From the NCBI GenBank assembly GCA_038329645.1, contig JBBQNG010000001.1, positions 5,933 to 69,932 of the forward strand: a stretch of 64,000 bases of DNA, in the 5' to 3' direction. This document shows, piece by piece, positions 24,357 through 34,729 of the stretch. Origin of the DNA: Burkholderiales bacterium (GTDB lineage Bacteria > Pseudomonadota > Gammaproteobacteria > Burkholderiales > SG8-39). Under the pieces are notes generated by a model that made no database searches, was not told the origin of the DNA, and saw only the letters and a program-made list of their open reading frames with translations. Each line of letters starts with the position of its first letter. Position 1 is the stretch's first letter. A program made the translations under genes and the position numbers.

Positions 24357-27300
24357 TTAGAGCAGGACGCGCTCTATCCCGCCGTTGTTGGCTTTCTTGA
24401 CAAAGCCCGGCAGCCATTCGGGGCCGAGCAGGTGGCGGGCCAACTCGACCACAATATAGTCGGACTGCACGCCGGTGTCATCCGCAAATCGTGTCAATCC
24501 TTGCAAGCACGAAGGGCACGAAGTGAGCATTTTCACCTCCCCCTTGTGGCCTGAGGATTCGATCGCCGCCACCCCTTTCCTGAATTCCTCCTCCTTGCGA
24601 AAGCGCACCTGGGTCGACACGTCCGGCCGGGTCACTGCGAGCGTGCCGGACTCGCCGCAGCAGCGATCCGACAGCGCGACGTCCCCGCCCAGCAGCGCAT
24701 TCACGACCTTCATCGGCTGCTGGGTCTTGATCGGCGTGTGGCAGGGGTCGTGGTACATGTAGCGGACCCCGTCGACGCCTTCGAGCTTGACGCCTTTTTC
24801 GAGCAGGTACTCGTGGATGTCCAGCAGGCGGCAGCCGGGGAAGATCTTCTCGAATTCGTATTTCTCCAGCTGGTCCATGCATGTGCCGCACGACACGATC
24901 ACGGTCTTGATGTCGAGATAGTTAAGCGTCGTCGCCAGCCGGTGGAAGAGCACGCGGTTCTGGGTGATGATGCGCTCGCCCTTTTCCGCCTCGCCGGCCG
25001 AGGTCTGCGGGTAGCCGCAGCAAAGGTAGCCCGGCGGCAGCACGCACTGCGTGCCGATCTCGTAGAGCATCGCCTGCGTCGCCAGCCCCACCTGCGAGAA
25101 CAGGCGCTCCGACCCGCAGCCCGGAAAATAGAACACCGCGTCCGAGTCCTCGGTCACCTTGGCCGGGTCGCGGATGATCGGCACGATGCGCGCATCTTCC
25201 ACATCTAGCAGCGCGCGTGCGGTTCGTATCGGCACGTTCGCCGGCATCGGCTTGTTGATGAAATGCACCACTTGCGCGACCAGCGCCGGGCGCCCGCCGG
25301 TGGTTGCCGGCGGATGCGCGGTCTGCCGGCCTGCGAGGCCGACGCGCTTGGCGAGGCGGTAGGCCAGGCGCTGCAGCTTGTAGCCCCATTCGATCATCAC
25401 CGTGCGCACCACCTTGATCTTGCGCGGGTCGGTCGCGTTGAGGAACAGCATCGATGCCGCGGTGCCCGGATTGAAGCGGCGCTTGCCCTGGCGGCGCAGA
25501 AGGTTGCGCATTGCAATCGACACGTCGCCAAAGTCGATGTCCACCGGACAGGGACTCGCGCACTTGTGGCACACCGTGCAGTGGTCGGCCACGTCGCTGA
25601 ATTCGTCGTAGTGCGCGAAAGACACGCCGCGCCGCGTCTGCTCCTCGTACAGGAAGGCTTCGGTAAGCAGCGACGTGGCGAGGATCTTATTGCGCGGCGA
25701 ATACAGGATGTTGGCGCGCGGGACGTGCGTCGCGCACACCGGTTTGCACTTGCCGCAGCGCAGGCAATCCTTGATCGACTCGTTGATCGCACCCAGGTCG
25801 GACTGCTCGAGGATCAGCGATTCGGCGCCAAGGAGCGAGAAGCTCGGCGTGTACGCATTGGCGAGGTCGCCGCCGGCGAGCAGCTTGCCCGCATTGAACC
25901 GGCCTTCCGGGTCGATCTTCTGCTTGTAGGCGCGGAACGCCTCGATCTCCTCCGGCTCGAGGTAATCCATCTTGGTGATGCCGATGCCGTGCTCGCCGGA
26001 GATGACGCCGCCCAGCGACTTGGCCAGCTTCATGATGCGCGCAACGGACTGGTTGGCCCGCTGCAGCATCAGGTAGTCATCCGAGTTGACCGGGATGTTG
26101 GTGTGCACGTTGCCGTCGCCAGCATGCATGTGAAGCGCGACGAACACGCGCCCGCGCAGCACCTTCTTGTGGACGGCCTGGGCCCCTTCCACCACCTTGC
26201 CGAACGCGAGGCCGTTGAAGATTCGCAGGAGCTCCCCGCGCAGCTCGGCTTTCCACGAGACTCGCAACGCGTGGGACTGGATCGCCGCAAAGACCGTCGC
26301 ATATTGCTGCGACAGCTCGTTGTGCAGGGCGCCCCAGCCCGACACCTCGGAGGTGAGGTCGGATGCCGGCGAGTCGAGATGGTCGAGCAGCCACTGCCAG
26401 CGCGCGCGCACCTTCTGGATCGCCTCGAGCGCCTGCAGCGGACGGTCGCCGAGCAGTTCCGCCGGCGCGACTTTCACGTCTTGCTGCACGAGCGGCAGTT
26501 CGGCGGAGAAATAGGCCGACAGCGCATCGAGCAGCTCAAGCTTATTCGCGATTGACAGCTCGATATTGATGCGCTCGATGCCGTCGGAGTAGTCGGCCAG
26601 GCGCGGCAGCGGGATGACCACGTCCTCGTTGATCTTGAACGCGTTGGTGTGCTTGGCGATCGCCGCGGTGCGCGCGCGGTCGAGCCAGAAGCGCTTGCGG
26701 GTTTCCGCGGTGACCGCCACGAACCCTTCGCCGCCCCGCGCGTTGGCGATGCGCACGACCGCCGAGGCGGCGCTCGCGACGTCATCGACGTTGTCGCCCA
26801 CGATGTCGCCGAAGAGGGCCATCTTGGGGCGCTGATTGCGGCGCGCCTTGGTGGCGTACCCCACCGCCTTGAGATAGCGCTCGTCCAGGTGCTCGAGACC
26901 CGCGAGCTGTGCAGTGGGGTGCGCGTCGAGGTAATCCTTGATCTCGACGATCGCCGGCACCGCGTCGTGCGTATTACCGAAGAATTCGAGGCACACGGTG
27001 CGCACATGCGCGGGCATCCGGTGCAGGATGAAACGCGCCGAGGTGATGATCCCGTCGGTGCCCTCCTTCTGCACGCCGGGCAGGCCGGAGAGGAACTTGT
27101 CGGTGACATCCTTTCCGAGACCCGCTTTCCTGAACGCGCCGCCCGCGATCTCTATGTGGCTTTCCTCGATCAGCTTGCGCCCGTCGGCCGCATAGCGGCA
27201 GACCCGGAAAGTAGCCTTTTTCGCGTCGTGGATCTTGCCCAGGTTATGGTCGACGCGCTCGACTTCGAGCCATTCGGCATCCGGGGTCACCATGCGCCAG

Positions 27301-28187
27301 GACGCGAGGTTGTCTATCGCCGTGCCCCACAGGACGGCCTTCTTGCCCCCGGCGTTCATTGCAACGTTGCCGCCGATGCACGAGGCATCGGCGGAGGTGG
27401 GATCCACCGCGAAAACGAGTCCCGCCGACTCGGCCGCGTCCATCACGCGCCGCGTGACTACGCCTGCGCCGCAACGAATGGTCGTGGTGCTGCGCGCGAG
27501 GCCCGGCAGGACGATGTCCTCGACCGCGCCGAGCGTCTCGAGCTTCTCGGTATTGATCACCGCGGAGCGGCGCTTGAGCGGGACGGCACCGCCCGTGTAG
27601 CCGGTGCCGCCGCCGCGGGGAATGATCGTCAGGCCGAGGCGGATCAGCTCGCGCACGATCGGCTGAACCTCCTCCTCGGTATCGGGAGACACGACCACGA
27701 ACGGGTATTCGACCCGCCAGTCGGTCGCGTCGGTGACGTGCGACACGCGGGCGAACCCGTCGAACGCGATGTTGTCCTTGCGCGTCACGCGCGCCAGCCG
27801 GCGCAGCGCCTTGCGCCGCAGGGCACGCGTGCGATCGAATGCGATATCGAACTTGGCGACCGCTTCGCGCGCCGCGTTGAGGAGCGCCTGCACCTTGTCG
27901 CTGTCGCCGCGCCTGAGCTCGATCTCCTCGAGCCGTTTGCGCATTCCGGCCAGCACCTGGGCGCGGCGCCTGGGATGCTCGATGAGGTCGTCTTCCAGGT
28001 AGGGGTTGCGCTGCACGACCCAGATCTCGCCGAGCACTTCGTAGAGCATGCGCGCGGAGCGGCCCGTGCGGCGCTCGGCGCGCAACTCGCTGATCAGCTC
28101 CCAGGCGTCGGCGCCGAGCAGGCGCAGCACGATCTCCCGGTCCGAGAACGAGGTGTAGTTATAGGGGATTTCGCGCAGGCGCTGCAT
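24357..28187 (-). CDS. DUF3683 / FAD-binding (GlcD-like) / 4Fe-4S / CCG-domain fusion oxidoreductase
   Basis: 1276 aa. The N-terminus reads [16 protein letters not shown]. The FAD-binding-4 region is [16 protein letters not shown]. The Fe-S motifs are [11 protein letters not shown] and [12 protein letters not shown]. The C-terminal CCG repeats are FPGCG...CCGYP and HDPCH...CCGESG. Confidence 0.88.
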   Translation of the reverse strand: MQRLREIPYNYTSFSDREIVLRLLGADAWELISELRAERRTGRSARMLYEVLGEIWVVQRNPYLEDDLIEHPRRRAQVLAGMRKRLEEIELRRGDSDKVQALLNAAREAVAKFDIAFDRTRALRRKALRRLARVTRKDNIAFDGFARVSHVTDATDWRVEYPFVVVSPDTEEEVQPIVRELIRLGLTIIPRGGGTGYTGGAVPLKRRSAVINTEKLETLGAVEDIVLPGLARSTTTIRCGAGVVTRRVMDAAESAGLVFAVDPTSADASCIGGNVAMNAGGKKAVLWGTAIDNLASWRMVTPDAEWLEVERVDHNLGKIHDAKKATFRVCRYAADGRKLIEESHIEIAGGAFRKAGLGKDVTDKFLSGLPGVQKEGTDGIITSARFILHRMPAHVRTVCLEFFGNTHDAVPAIVEIKDYLDAHPTAQLAGLEHLDERYLKAVGYATKARRNQRPKMALFGDIVGDNVDDVASAASAVVRIANARGGEGFVAVTAETRKRFWLDRARTAAIAKHTNAFKINEDVVIPLPRLADYSDGIERINIELSIANKLELLDALSAYFSAELPLVQQDVKVAPAELLGDRPLQALEAIQKVRARWQWLLDHLDSPASDLTSEVSGWGALHNELSQQYATVFAAIQSHALRVSWKAELRGELLRIFNGLAFGKVVEGAQAVHKKVLRGRVFVALHMHAGDGNVHTNIPVNSDDYLMLQRANQSVARIMKLAKSLGGVISGEHGIGITKMDYLEPEEIEAFRAYKQKIDPEGRFNAGKLLAGGDLANAYTPSFSLLGAESLILEQSDLGAINESIKDCLRCGKCKPVCATHVPRANILYSPRNKILATSLLTEAFLYEEQTRRGVSFAHYDEFSDVADHCTVCHKCASPCPVDIDFGDVSIAMRNLLRRQGKRRFNPGTAASMLFLNATDPRKIKVVRTVMIEWGYKLQRLAYRLAKRVGLAGRQTAHPPATTGGRPALVAQVVHFINKPMPANVPIRTARALLDVEDARIVPIIRDPAKVTEDSDAVFYFPGCGSERLFSQVGLATQAMLYEIGTQCVLPPGYLCCGYPQTSAGEAEKGERIITQNRVLFHRLATTLNYLDIKTVIVSCGTCMDQLEKYEFEKIFPGCRLLDIHEYLLEKGVKLEGVDGVRYMYHDPCHTPIKTQQPMKVVNALLGGDVALSDRCCGESGTLAVTRPDVSTQVRFRKEEEFRKGVAAIESSGHKGEVKMLTSCPSCLQGLTRFADDTGVQSDYIVVELARHLLGPEWLPGFVKKANNGGIERVLL

Positions 28188-28271
28188 GGCGTCGGTGATG
28201 CGGGAGGGTGATCGATTCTATCCCACGTCCCGAGGGACCTACGTTACGCAGCACACATAGCTGCAGCACCG

Positions 28272-29051
28272 CTACTCGGGCTGCGGCAGATCTTCGTGCG
28301 TGAAGATATCGCGGTAACTTGCGTAGAAACTCGCAAACAATGCCGGCGTCACGAATACCCCTACAATGAACATTATGGTGTCGAGACCCAACTTGCCACC
28401 GGATATGAGCGCCAATACCAGCGCGGAAATATTGGTTAGTACGATCAGCAAAAACGCGGTGGCGATTCCGTATATCGTGAACGCGCGCCAATTCGTCAGG
28501 CAGGCCAAGAAAGAGAAGAAGAATGCTTTTGGCACGGGCATCGAATGCCATGCGACCAGTGTAGGCGCGAACCAAAACAGCATGGCCAAAGGCGCATACA
28601 ACGCCGCGGCCAATGACAGCGAGCCCAGAAGGCCACCAGATTTAAGGATTTCCTTTGAAGGCATTTCCCCAAGAAGAACCATTCGGGCGAGGACTCCGTC
28701 GTCAACAAGGGTAGTAGCGCCCAGCAAAAGGACTATTGCGATCAGATACACGCCACCTAGTATTAGCTGCGCCCGGATTCTCTCGCGAAATCCCGACAAA
28801 AGAACATTCAGTTCGATGCTTTGACCGCGCTCCGCAATTCGGCTCGCTGCCATAAAGCCAACCGACACTCCGGGAATAAGGATAGTGACGAATCCGGCGC
28901 CCACAAAAAATGGAATGACACCTATAACTTTCATTGCGAGGAAGTAAGTCGCAACAAGGGTAAGCCACCTACCCGGGCTCGCACGGAATATTTTCCAGCC
29001 ATCGGTGAGCCACCGGCGGCCATAGTTCGCAGGAACGATCTGCGCCCGCAT
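28272..29051 (-). CDS. polytopic membrane protein (BPSS1780/DUF2189-like by memory)
   Basis: 259 aa with 5-6 hydrophobic segments. The N-terminal GRRWLTDGWKIFRASPGRWL resembles that family. The gene is visibly lower in GC than its neighbours. Confidence 0.6.
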   Translation of the reverse strand: MRAQIVPANYGRRWLTDGWKIFRASPGRWLTLVATYFLAMKVIGVIPFFVGAGFVTILIPGVSVGFMAASRIAERGQSIELNVLLSGFRERIRAQLILGGVYLIAIVLLLGATTLVDDGVLARMVLLGEMPSKEILKSGGLLGSLSLAAALYAPLAMLFWFAPTLVAWHSMPVPKAFFFSFLACLTNWRAFTIYGIATAFLLIVLTNISALVLALISGGKLGLDTIMFIVGVFVTPALFASFYASYRDIFTHEDLPQPE

Positions 29052-29054
29052 CGC

Positions 29055-30011
29055 TCAGTCCACCCAGGGGGCGACGAAGCCCGGGCCGGCATGCAGCTCG
29101 AGGATCGCGCGGAAATGTTCGGGATCGTGCGCGTGCACGAGCTCGCCCGGGCGCGGCAGGTGGAAATCGAACAGGCGCGAGAGCCAGAAGCGCAGCGCTG
29201 CGGCGCGCAGAAGCGTCGGCCAGGCCTCCTTTTCGGCCGGGGTAAACGGCCGCACGGCGGCGTATTCGGCAAGCAAGGCCGTCACCAGGCCGGAATCGAA
29301 TCGGCGGTCGCGTTCGGGGTCGACCAGGCACCAGTCGTTCGCGCACACCGCGACATCGAATAGCAGAACGTCGACGCCCGCGAAGTAGTAGTCGAAAACC
29401 GCGGACAGGCGCCCCGCGTCGAAGAAGGCGTTGTCGCGGAACAAGTCGCCGTGCACGGGCCCACGCGGCAGGTCGGGAAAGCGGTGCTGCGACTGGAAGA
29501 CCATTTCCACATCGAGCAGGGCCTGCCGCGGCGCGTCGAGGAACGGCCGCACCTGCGGCGCCGTTTCGCGCCACCAGCGCGGCCCGCGCGGGTTCTCCAG
29601 GAAGCCCGGATAGGAGCGGCCCGCCAGGTGCATGCGGGCGAGCAGCGCGCCGAGCTGCGCGCACTGGTCGCGCCCGGGCCGCGGCATCGACTTGCCCGGC
29701 AGGCGCGTGACCAGGGCGGCAGGCTTGCCGTTCAGCTCGCCGAGGAATTGGTCGGCGAGGTCGGCGATCGGCGCCGGGCAAGGGATGCCGTGCCGCGCCA
29801 GGTGTGCCATCAGGTTGAGGTAGAAGGGCAGCTCTTTGGCGCCGAGCTTTTCGAAAAGCGTGAGGACATAACGGCCCTGAGAGGTAGTGACGAAGTAGTT
29901 GGTGTTCTCGATGCCCGCGGCAATCGGCTCGAGCCCGGCAAGCGAGCCGACCGAATAGCGCTTCAGCCAGCCGGCAAGCTGAAGTGCGGTGACCGGCGTG
30001 AAGACCGACAA
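29055..30011 (-). CDS. thrB: homoserine kinase (APH-fold, Pseudomonas-type ThrB)
   Basis: MSVFTPVTALQLAGWLKRYSVGSLAGLEPIAAGIENTNYFVTT..GRYVLTLFE and HGDLFRDNAFFD (kinase catalytic loop). Confidence 0.88.
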   Translation of the reverse strand: MSVFTPVTALQLAGWLKRYSVGSLAGLEPIAAGIENTNYFVTTSQGRYVLTLFEKLGAKELPFYLNLMAHLARHGIPCPAPIADLADQFLGELNGKPAALVTRLPGKSMPRPGRDQCAQLGALLARMHLAGRSYPGFLENPRGPRWWRETAPQVRPFLDAPRQALLDVEMVFQSQHRFPDLPRGPVHGDLFRDNAFFDAGRLSAVFDYYFAGVDVLLFDVAVCANDWCLVDPERDRRFDSGLVTALLAEYAAVRPFTPAEKEAWPTLLRAAALRFWLSRLFDFHLPRPGELVHAHDPEHFRAILELHAGPGFVAPWVD

Positions 30012-30015
30012 GCGA

Positions 30016-30354
30016 TCAGTCGAAGGTGCGGATGGTCCACATCGGCACGCGCACGCCGTCGTCGAGCGAGTCGCGGCGGATCCAGTTGCCGTTGCCGGTG
30101 TTGTCCATCAGGAAATACGGGACGCCGTTGGGCGGCGTGACTTTCATCATCACCACTCGTCCGCCTTCGCGGACTTCCTCGACCTTGTCCTCGCGCTGCA
30201 CCGGGATGTTCACACGCGGCCCGCTGTCGTCGTCCGACAGGCCGGGCGCCATGGGCGGCGGCGCGGGCAGCGGCTCGAGCTTGAGCGCCGTGCCGGTCTG
30301 CGCGCAAACCGGCATCGCGAAGGCCAAAAGCAGGGGGACGAGGAGTTTGCGCAT
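30016..30354 (-). CDS. DUF2782 domain secreted protein
   Basis: ATG at 30354 with a signal peptide MRKLLVPLLLAFAMPVCAQ. It also has ...VNIPVQREDKVEEVREGGRVVMMKVTPPNGVPYFLMDNTGNG. The ORF-track N-terminal extension is R-rich and was rejected. Confidence 0.75.
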   Translation of the reverse strand: MRKLLVPLLLAFAMPVCAQTGTALKLEPLPAPPPMAPGLSDDDSGPRVNIPVQREDKVEEVREGGRVVMMKVTPPNGVPYFLMDNTGNGNWIRRDSLDDGVRVPMWTIRTFD

Positions 30355-30386
30355 GACGCCGGGAATTCTAGCAGAACCGATATCGC

Positions 30387-31103
30387 CTACAGGTTCAGCA
30401 TCACTTCGCGTTCCGCGGGCAGCAGTTGGAAGCCGCGCTTTTCGTAGTGGGCAAAAATCGCGGTCACGACCTCCCTTGGGTCGTCGATCACCTGGATGAG
30501 CTGCGGGTCCACGGCATCGATCATCCCCTCGGCGACAAGGCGGTCGCGCATCCACTCCACCAGTCCCGCCCAGAACGGGGCGTACATGAGGATGATCGGC
30601 ATGGGCCGGGTCTTTTTCGTCTGCACCAGGACGAGGGCCTCGAAGAGCTCGTCGAGCGTGCCGAACCCGCCGGGCATCACCACGTAGGCGCATGCGAACT
30701 TCACGAACATGACCTTGCGCGCAAAGAAATGCTTGAAGCGCAGGCTGATGTCCTGGAACTCGTTGCCGTGCTGCTCGTGCTTGAGCTCGATGTTCAGGCC
30801 CACCGAGGGCGAGCGACCGAAAAAGGCACCCTTGTTGGCGGCCTCCATCACGCCGGGCCCGCCCCCGGAGATGACCGCGAAGCCTGCGTCCGAAAGGAGC
30901 CGGGCGGTCTCCTCGGCCAGTTTGTAGGCCGCCGAATCGCGGGCCACACGCGCGCTGCCGAAGATGGAAACCGCCGGGCGGATGCGCGAAAGCCGCTCGG
31001 TCGCCTCGACGAACTCTGACATAATTCCGAACACGCGCCAGGCCTCGCGCGAGGTTTCCGCCCCGGGATCGGCCGGTATCGGCAGCTTGTCAACGTCGCT
31101 CAT
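30387..31103 (-). CDS. LOG family protein (TIGR00730, nucleotide 5'-monophosphate nucleosidase)
   Basis: 238 aa with VSIFGSAR, ISGGGPGVMEAANKGA and the PGGFGTLDELFE signature. Confidence 0.88.
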   Translation of the reverse strand: MSDVDKLPIPADPGAETSREAWRVFGIMSEFVEATERLSRIRPAVSIFGSARVARDSAAYKLAEETARLLSDAGFAVISGGGPGVMEAANKGAFFGRSPSVGLNIELKHEQHGNEFQDISLRFKHFFARKVMFVKFACAYVVMPGGFGTLDELFEALVLVQTKKTRPMPIILMYAPFWAGLVEWMRDRLVAEGMIDAVDPQLIQVIDDPREVVTAIFAHYEKRGFQLLPAEREVMLNL

Positions 31104-31110
31104 CTGTCTC

Positions 31111-33870
31111 GTGAATCCTCAGGAAGAAACTGCAAAAACGCTGCTGCTGGTCGACGGCTCTTCGTACCTGTATCGCGCTTTCCACGCGATGCCGGAGCTG
31201 AAGAACGCCGCCGGCGAGCACACTGGCGCGATCTATGGCGTGGTGAACATGCTACGGCGGCTGGCAAGCGACTACAAGGCTGAAGCGCGCGCCTGCGTCT
31301 TCGACACCAAAGCCAGGACTTTTCGTGACGACGCGTATGCGCAGTACAAGGCCAACCGCTCGCCGATGCCGGAAGAGCTCGTCTCGCAGGTCGAGCCGAT
31401 CCGCGAGATCGTCGCAGCACTGGGCTGGCCCGTGATCGCGGTAGACGGGGTCGAAGCCGACGACGTGATCGCCACGTTGGCCGAACGCGCCAAGAAGGCC
31501 GGCATGAACGTCGTGATTTCGACCGGCGACAAGGACCTCGCTCAGCTGGTCGACGCGCGCGTGACGCTGGTCAACACGATGACCAACGAGAAGCTCGATA
31601 TCGAGGGCGTCAAGGCCAAGTTCGGCGTGCCCCCAGAGCTGATCGTCGACTACTACTCGCTGGTCGGCGACGCGGTCGACAACGTGCCCGGCGTGGCCAA
31701 GGTGGGGCCGAAGACCGCGGCCAAGTGGATCGCGCAGTACGGCTCGCTCGATGCCGTTGTCGCGCACGCCAACGAGATAGGCGGTGCGGTAGGCGAGAAC
31801 CTGCGCAAGGCCCTCGACTGGCTGCCGAAGGCGCGCTGGCTGCTCACCATGAAGCGCGACTGCGAGCTGCCGGTCACGCTGGAGGACCTGCACAAGGACG
31901 GCTACGACACTGCGAAGCTGCGCGACCTGTTCTCGCGCTACGGCCTCAAGACCTGGCTCAAGGAAATCGACGGCACTGCGCCGCCGTCGAATGAGTCCCT
32001 GCGCACCCGCGACGCTGGCGCGCCTTTAGTGGCGCCGCCGCCGGCTCCGGCGTGCGAGAGCGCGCCACGCCGGAAGTACGCGATGATCATTTCGGAGCCT
32101 GAGCTGCACGACCTGGTGCCGCGCCTGGGTTCCGCCGCGCTCGTGGGCTTCGATACAGAGACCGACGGGCTGGAGCCGATGGTGGCGAACCTGGTGGGCC
32201 TCTCGTTCGCGTTCGATGACGTCGCGTACTACGTTCCCGTCGCGCACCGCTATGCGGGCGCGCCCGACCAGATGGGTGTGGAGAAGGCGCTCGAAATCCT
32301 GCGACCCTGGCTCGAGGACGAAACGCCGACCAAGGTCGGCCAGAACCTCAAGTTCGACGCGCACATCCTCGCCAACCACGGCGTAGCGCTGAAAGGGATA
32401 GCCCACGACACGCTGCTCGAGTCGTACGTGCTCGAAGTCCACGAGCGCCACGACCTCGAGACGCTTGCACGGCGGCACCGCGGCTGGGACACCATCAGCT
32501 ACGACGCGGTGACCGGCAAAGGCGCCTCGCGAATCTCGTTCGCCGAGGTCGACGTTGAGCGCGCAACGCACTATTCCGCGGAAGACGCCGATTGCACGCT
32601 GTCGGTCCACGACGCGATGTACGCAAAGATAGCGGCGGATGAAAAGCTCAAGCTCGTCTACGAAACGATCGAGATGCCCGTGATGCCCGTGCTCCTGCGC
32701 ATGGAGCGGAACGGCGTGCTCCTCGACGCCGCGAAGCTCAATGCACAGAGCCACGAGCTGGGCAGGGAGATGCTCGAACTGGAACAGAAGGCGCACCAGG
32801 CCGCGGGGCAGCCGTTCAACCTGAACTCCCCCAAGCAGATCCAGGAGATCCTGTTCGACAAGCAGGGCCTGCCGGTGAAGAAGAAGACGCCCGGTGGCCA
32901 GCCTTCCACCGACGAGGACGTGCTGCAGGAGCTGGCCGCCGACTTCCCGCTGCCCAGGCTGCTGCTCGAGTACCGCAGCATCTCCAAGCTCAAGTCCACC
33001 TATACCGACAAGCTGCCGCGCATGGTGGACGCGAAGACCGGCCGCGTGCACACCACCTATTCGCAGGCGGTCGCGGTGACCGGGCGCCTCGCCTCCAACG
33101 ACCCGAACCTGCAGAACATCCCGATCCGAACGCCGCAGGGCCGCCGCATCCGCGAGGCTTTCATCGCCCCGCCGGGGTGGAAGATCCTGAGCGCCGACTA
33201 CTCGCAGATCGAGCTGCGCATCATGGCCCACCTTTCGGGTGACGCCGGGCTGAGGCACGCCTTCGAGCACGGCCACGACGTCCACCGCGCCACCGCGGCG
33301 GAGGTCTTCGGGCGCAAGCTCGTGGAAGTGTCCAACGACGAGCGCCGTGCTGCGAAGGCGATCAACTTCGGATTGATCTACGGCATGTCCGCCTTCGGCC
33401 TCGCCCAGAACCTCGGTATCGAGCGCGCCACGGCGCAGGCGTACATCGACAGCTATTTCTCCCGCTATCCCGGCGTCGCGCGCTACATGCAGGAAACGCG
33501 CGAGCTGGCGCGGAGCCGGGGCTATGTCGAGACGGTTTTCGGGCGGCGGCTGTGGCTGCCAGAGATCAGGAGCGGCGGGCCGCAAAGGCGCCAGGCCGCC
33601 GAGCGTGCGGCGATCAACGCGCCGATGCAGGGAACTGCCGCGGACCTCATCAAGCTGGCGATGGTGCGCGTGCAAAACTGGCTGGACGCCCGGAAAGCCG
33701 CGACGCTGCTCGTCATGCAGGTGCACGACGAGCTCGTGCTCCAAGTGCCCGAAAGCGAGCTGGAGGCCGTCAAGAGCGAGCTACCCGGACTGATGCAGAA
33801 CGTCGCCAAGCTCGACGTGCAGCTGATCGTCGACGTCGGCGTCGGCGACAACTGGGACCAGGCGCACTAG
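31111..33870 (+). CDS. polA: DNA polymerase I
   Basis: The GTG at 31111 gives VNPQEETAKTLLLVDGSSYLYRAFHA (5'-3' exonuclease). It also has a 3'-5' exonuclease FDTETDGLEP and polymerase motifs DYSQIELRIMAHLS, AKAINFGLIYGM and QVHDELV. No ATG is available near the conserved N-terminus. Confidence 0.93.
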   Translation: MNPQEETAKTLLLVDGSSYLYRAFHAMPELKNAAGEHTGAIYGVVNMLRRLASDYKAEARACVFDTKARTFRDDAYAQYKANRSPMPEELVSQVEPIREIVAALGWPVIAVDGVEADDVIATLAERAKKAGMNVVISTGDKDLAQLVDARVTLVNTMTNEKLDIEGVKAKFGVPPELIVDYYSLVGDAVDNVPGVAKVGPKTAAKWIAQYGSLDAVVAHANEIGGAVGENLRKALDWLPKARWLLTMKRDCELPVTLEDLHKDGYDTAKLRDLFSRYGLKTWLKEIDGTAPPSNESLRTRDAGAPLVAPPPAPACESAPRRKYAMIISEPELHDLVPRLGSAALVGFDTETDGLEPMVANLVGLSFAFDDVAYYVPVAHRYAGAPDQMGVEKALEILRPWLEDETPTKVGQNLKFDAHILANHGVALKGIAHDTLLESYVLEVHERHDLETLARRHRGWDTISYDAVTGKGASRISFAEVDVERATHYSAEDADCTLSVHDAMYAKIAADEKLKLVYETIEMPVMPVLLRMERNGVLLDAAKLNAQSHELGREMLELEQKAHQAAGQPFNLNSPKQIQEILFDKQGLPVKKKTPGGQPSTDEDVLQELAADFPLPRLLLEYRSISKLKSTYTDKLPRMVDAKTGRVHTTYSQAVAVTGRLASNDPNLQNIPIRTPQGRRIREAFIAPPGWKILSADYSQIELRIMAHLSGDAGLRHAFEHGHDVHRATAAEVFGRKLVEVSNDERRAAKAINFGLIYGMSAFGLAQNLGIERATAQAYIDSYFSRYPGVARYMQETRELARSRGYVETVFGRRLWLPEIRSGGPQRRQAAERAAINAPMQGTAADLIKLAMVRVQNWLDARKAATLLVMQVHDELVLQVPESELEAVKSELPGLMQNVAKLDVQLIVDVGVGDNWDQAH

Positions 33871-33956
33871 GAACAGAAGGAGTTCGCACTTCCCCCCGTT
33901 ACCCCCCGGGCTGGAACAGGGCGAGCTCGCGCTACCCCCACTCAACCCCGTCCTGT

Positions 33957-34640
33957 TTAGTGCTTCAGGGCGCCGAAGACTTTTTGCAGGATCCCGGTCG
34001 CCGCCTGGGCGGGGTTCTGGCGGATCTTCGCCTCCTGCTCGGCCACCATAATGAACAGGCCGTCGAGGGCTTTCTGGGTGACGTAGTTGTCGAGGTTGGC
34101 GTCTTCCTTTTTCACCAGCCCGAACTGCGCGGCCTTGCCGGCGTATTCGTCGTACTTGTGCGCGAGCTGCACCTTGGCCGTCGCCCGTTTCACGATAGGC
34201 AGGAATTTCGTGCGCAGCTGGTCGCTGGTGCTGCGCTTGAAGAACTGGGTGGCCGAATCCTGCCCGCCGGTAAGGATCGCCTTGGCATCCTGCACGTTCA
34301 TCTTGCGCACCGCATCGACCAGAAGCGTCTTGGCTTCCGGCACGGCGGCCTCCGCCGCACGATTCATGGTGAGGATCAGTTCGTCGGCCTGCTTGCCCAT
34401 GCCGAACTGGCGCAGAACCTTTTCAATCTTGTGTGCGGACTCGGGCAGCGGGATTTTCACCTTGCCGTTGCCAAAGAAGCCGTCCTGCTTGCCGAGCGAG
34501 TCGACCGCGTACTGAGTGCCTTTGACCAGCGCTTCGCGCAGGCCCGCAACGGCATCCTGGTTGGTGATCGATTCCAGGCCGGCAGAGCAGGGAAACGAAA
34601 GGGCAAGGCCGGTAACAAAGGCAAGGAAGGGAGTTTTCAT
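33957..34640 (-). CDS. DUF4197 domain secreted protein
   Basis: 227 aa with a signal peptide MKTPFLAFVTGLALSFPCSA. It also has GLREALVKGTQYAVDSLGKQDGFFGNGKVKIPLP and ...YVTQKALDGLF. Confidence 0.75.
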   Translation of the reverse strand: MKTPFLAFVTGLALSFPCSAGLESITNQDAVAGLREALVKGTQYAVDSLGKQDGFFGNGKVKIPLPESAHKIEKVLRQFGMGKQADELILTMNRAAEAAVPEAKTLLVDAVRKMNVQDAKAILTGGQDSATQFFKRSTSDQLRTKFLPIVKRATAKVQLAHKYDEYAGKAAQFGLVKKEDANLDNYVTQKALDGLFIMVAEQEAKIRQNPAQAATGILQKVFGALKH

Positions 34641-34702
34641 TGGAGCCTTTCGGACATGAGCCTGGATTCAGCCAGTGCTGCAAATTCGCCACAATCAATT
34701 CA

Positions 34703-34729
34703 GGAGATCGGCTACAGGAGCCGATCTCC
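34703..34729 (-). terminator. lipA terminator hairpin overlapping the stop codon
   Basis: Perfect 11-bp stem GGAGATCGGCT / AGCCGATCTCC with a 5-nt loop containing the TAG (34712-34714). The minus-strand tail is UGAAUUGAUUGU. Confidence 0.5.

Noticed and set aside
33871-33956. Convergent polA / DUF4197 spacer with two C6 tracts
   Set aside because: Only a 6-8 bp stem with a ~24-nt loop (AACAGGGCG...CCGTCCTGTT) can be drawn, with no U-tail on either strand. This is not enough for a terminator call.
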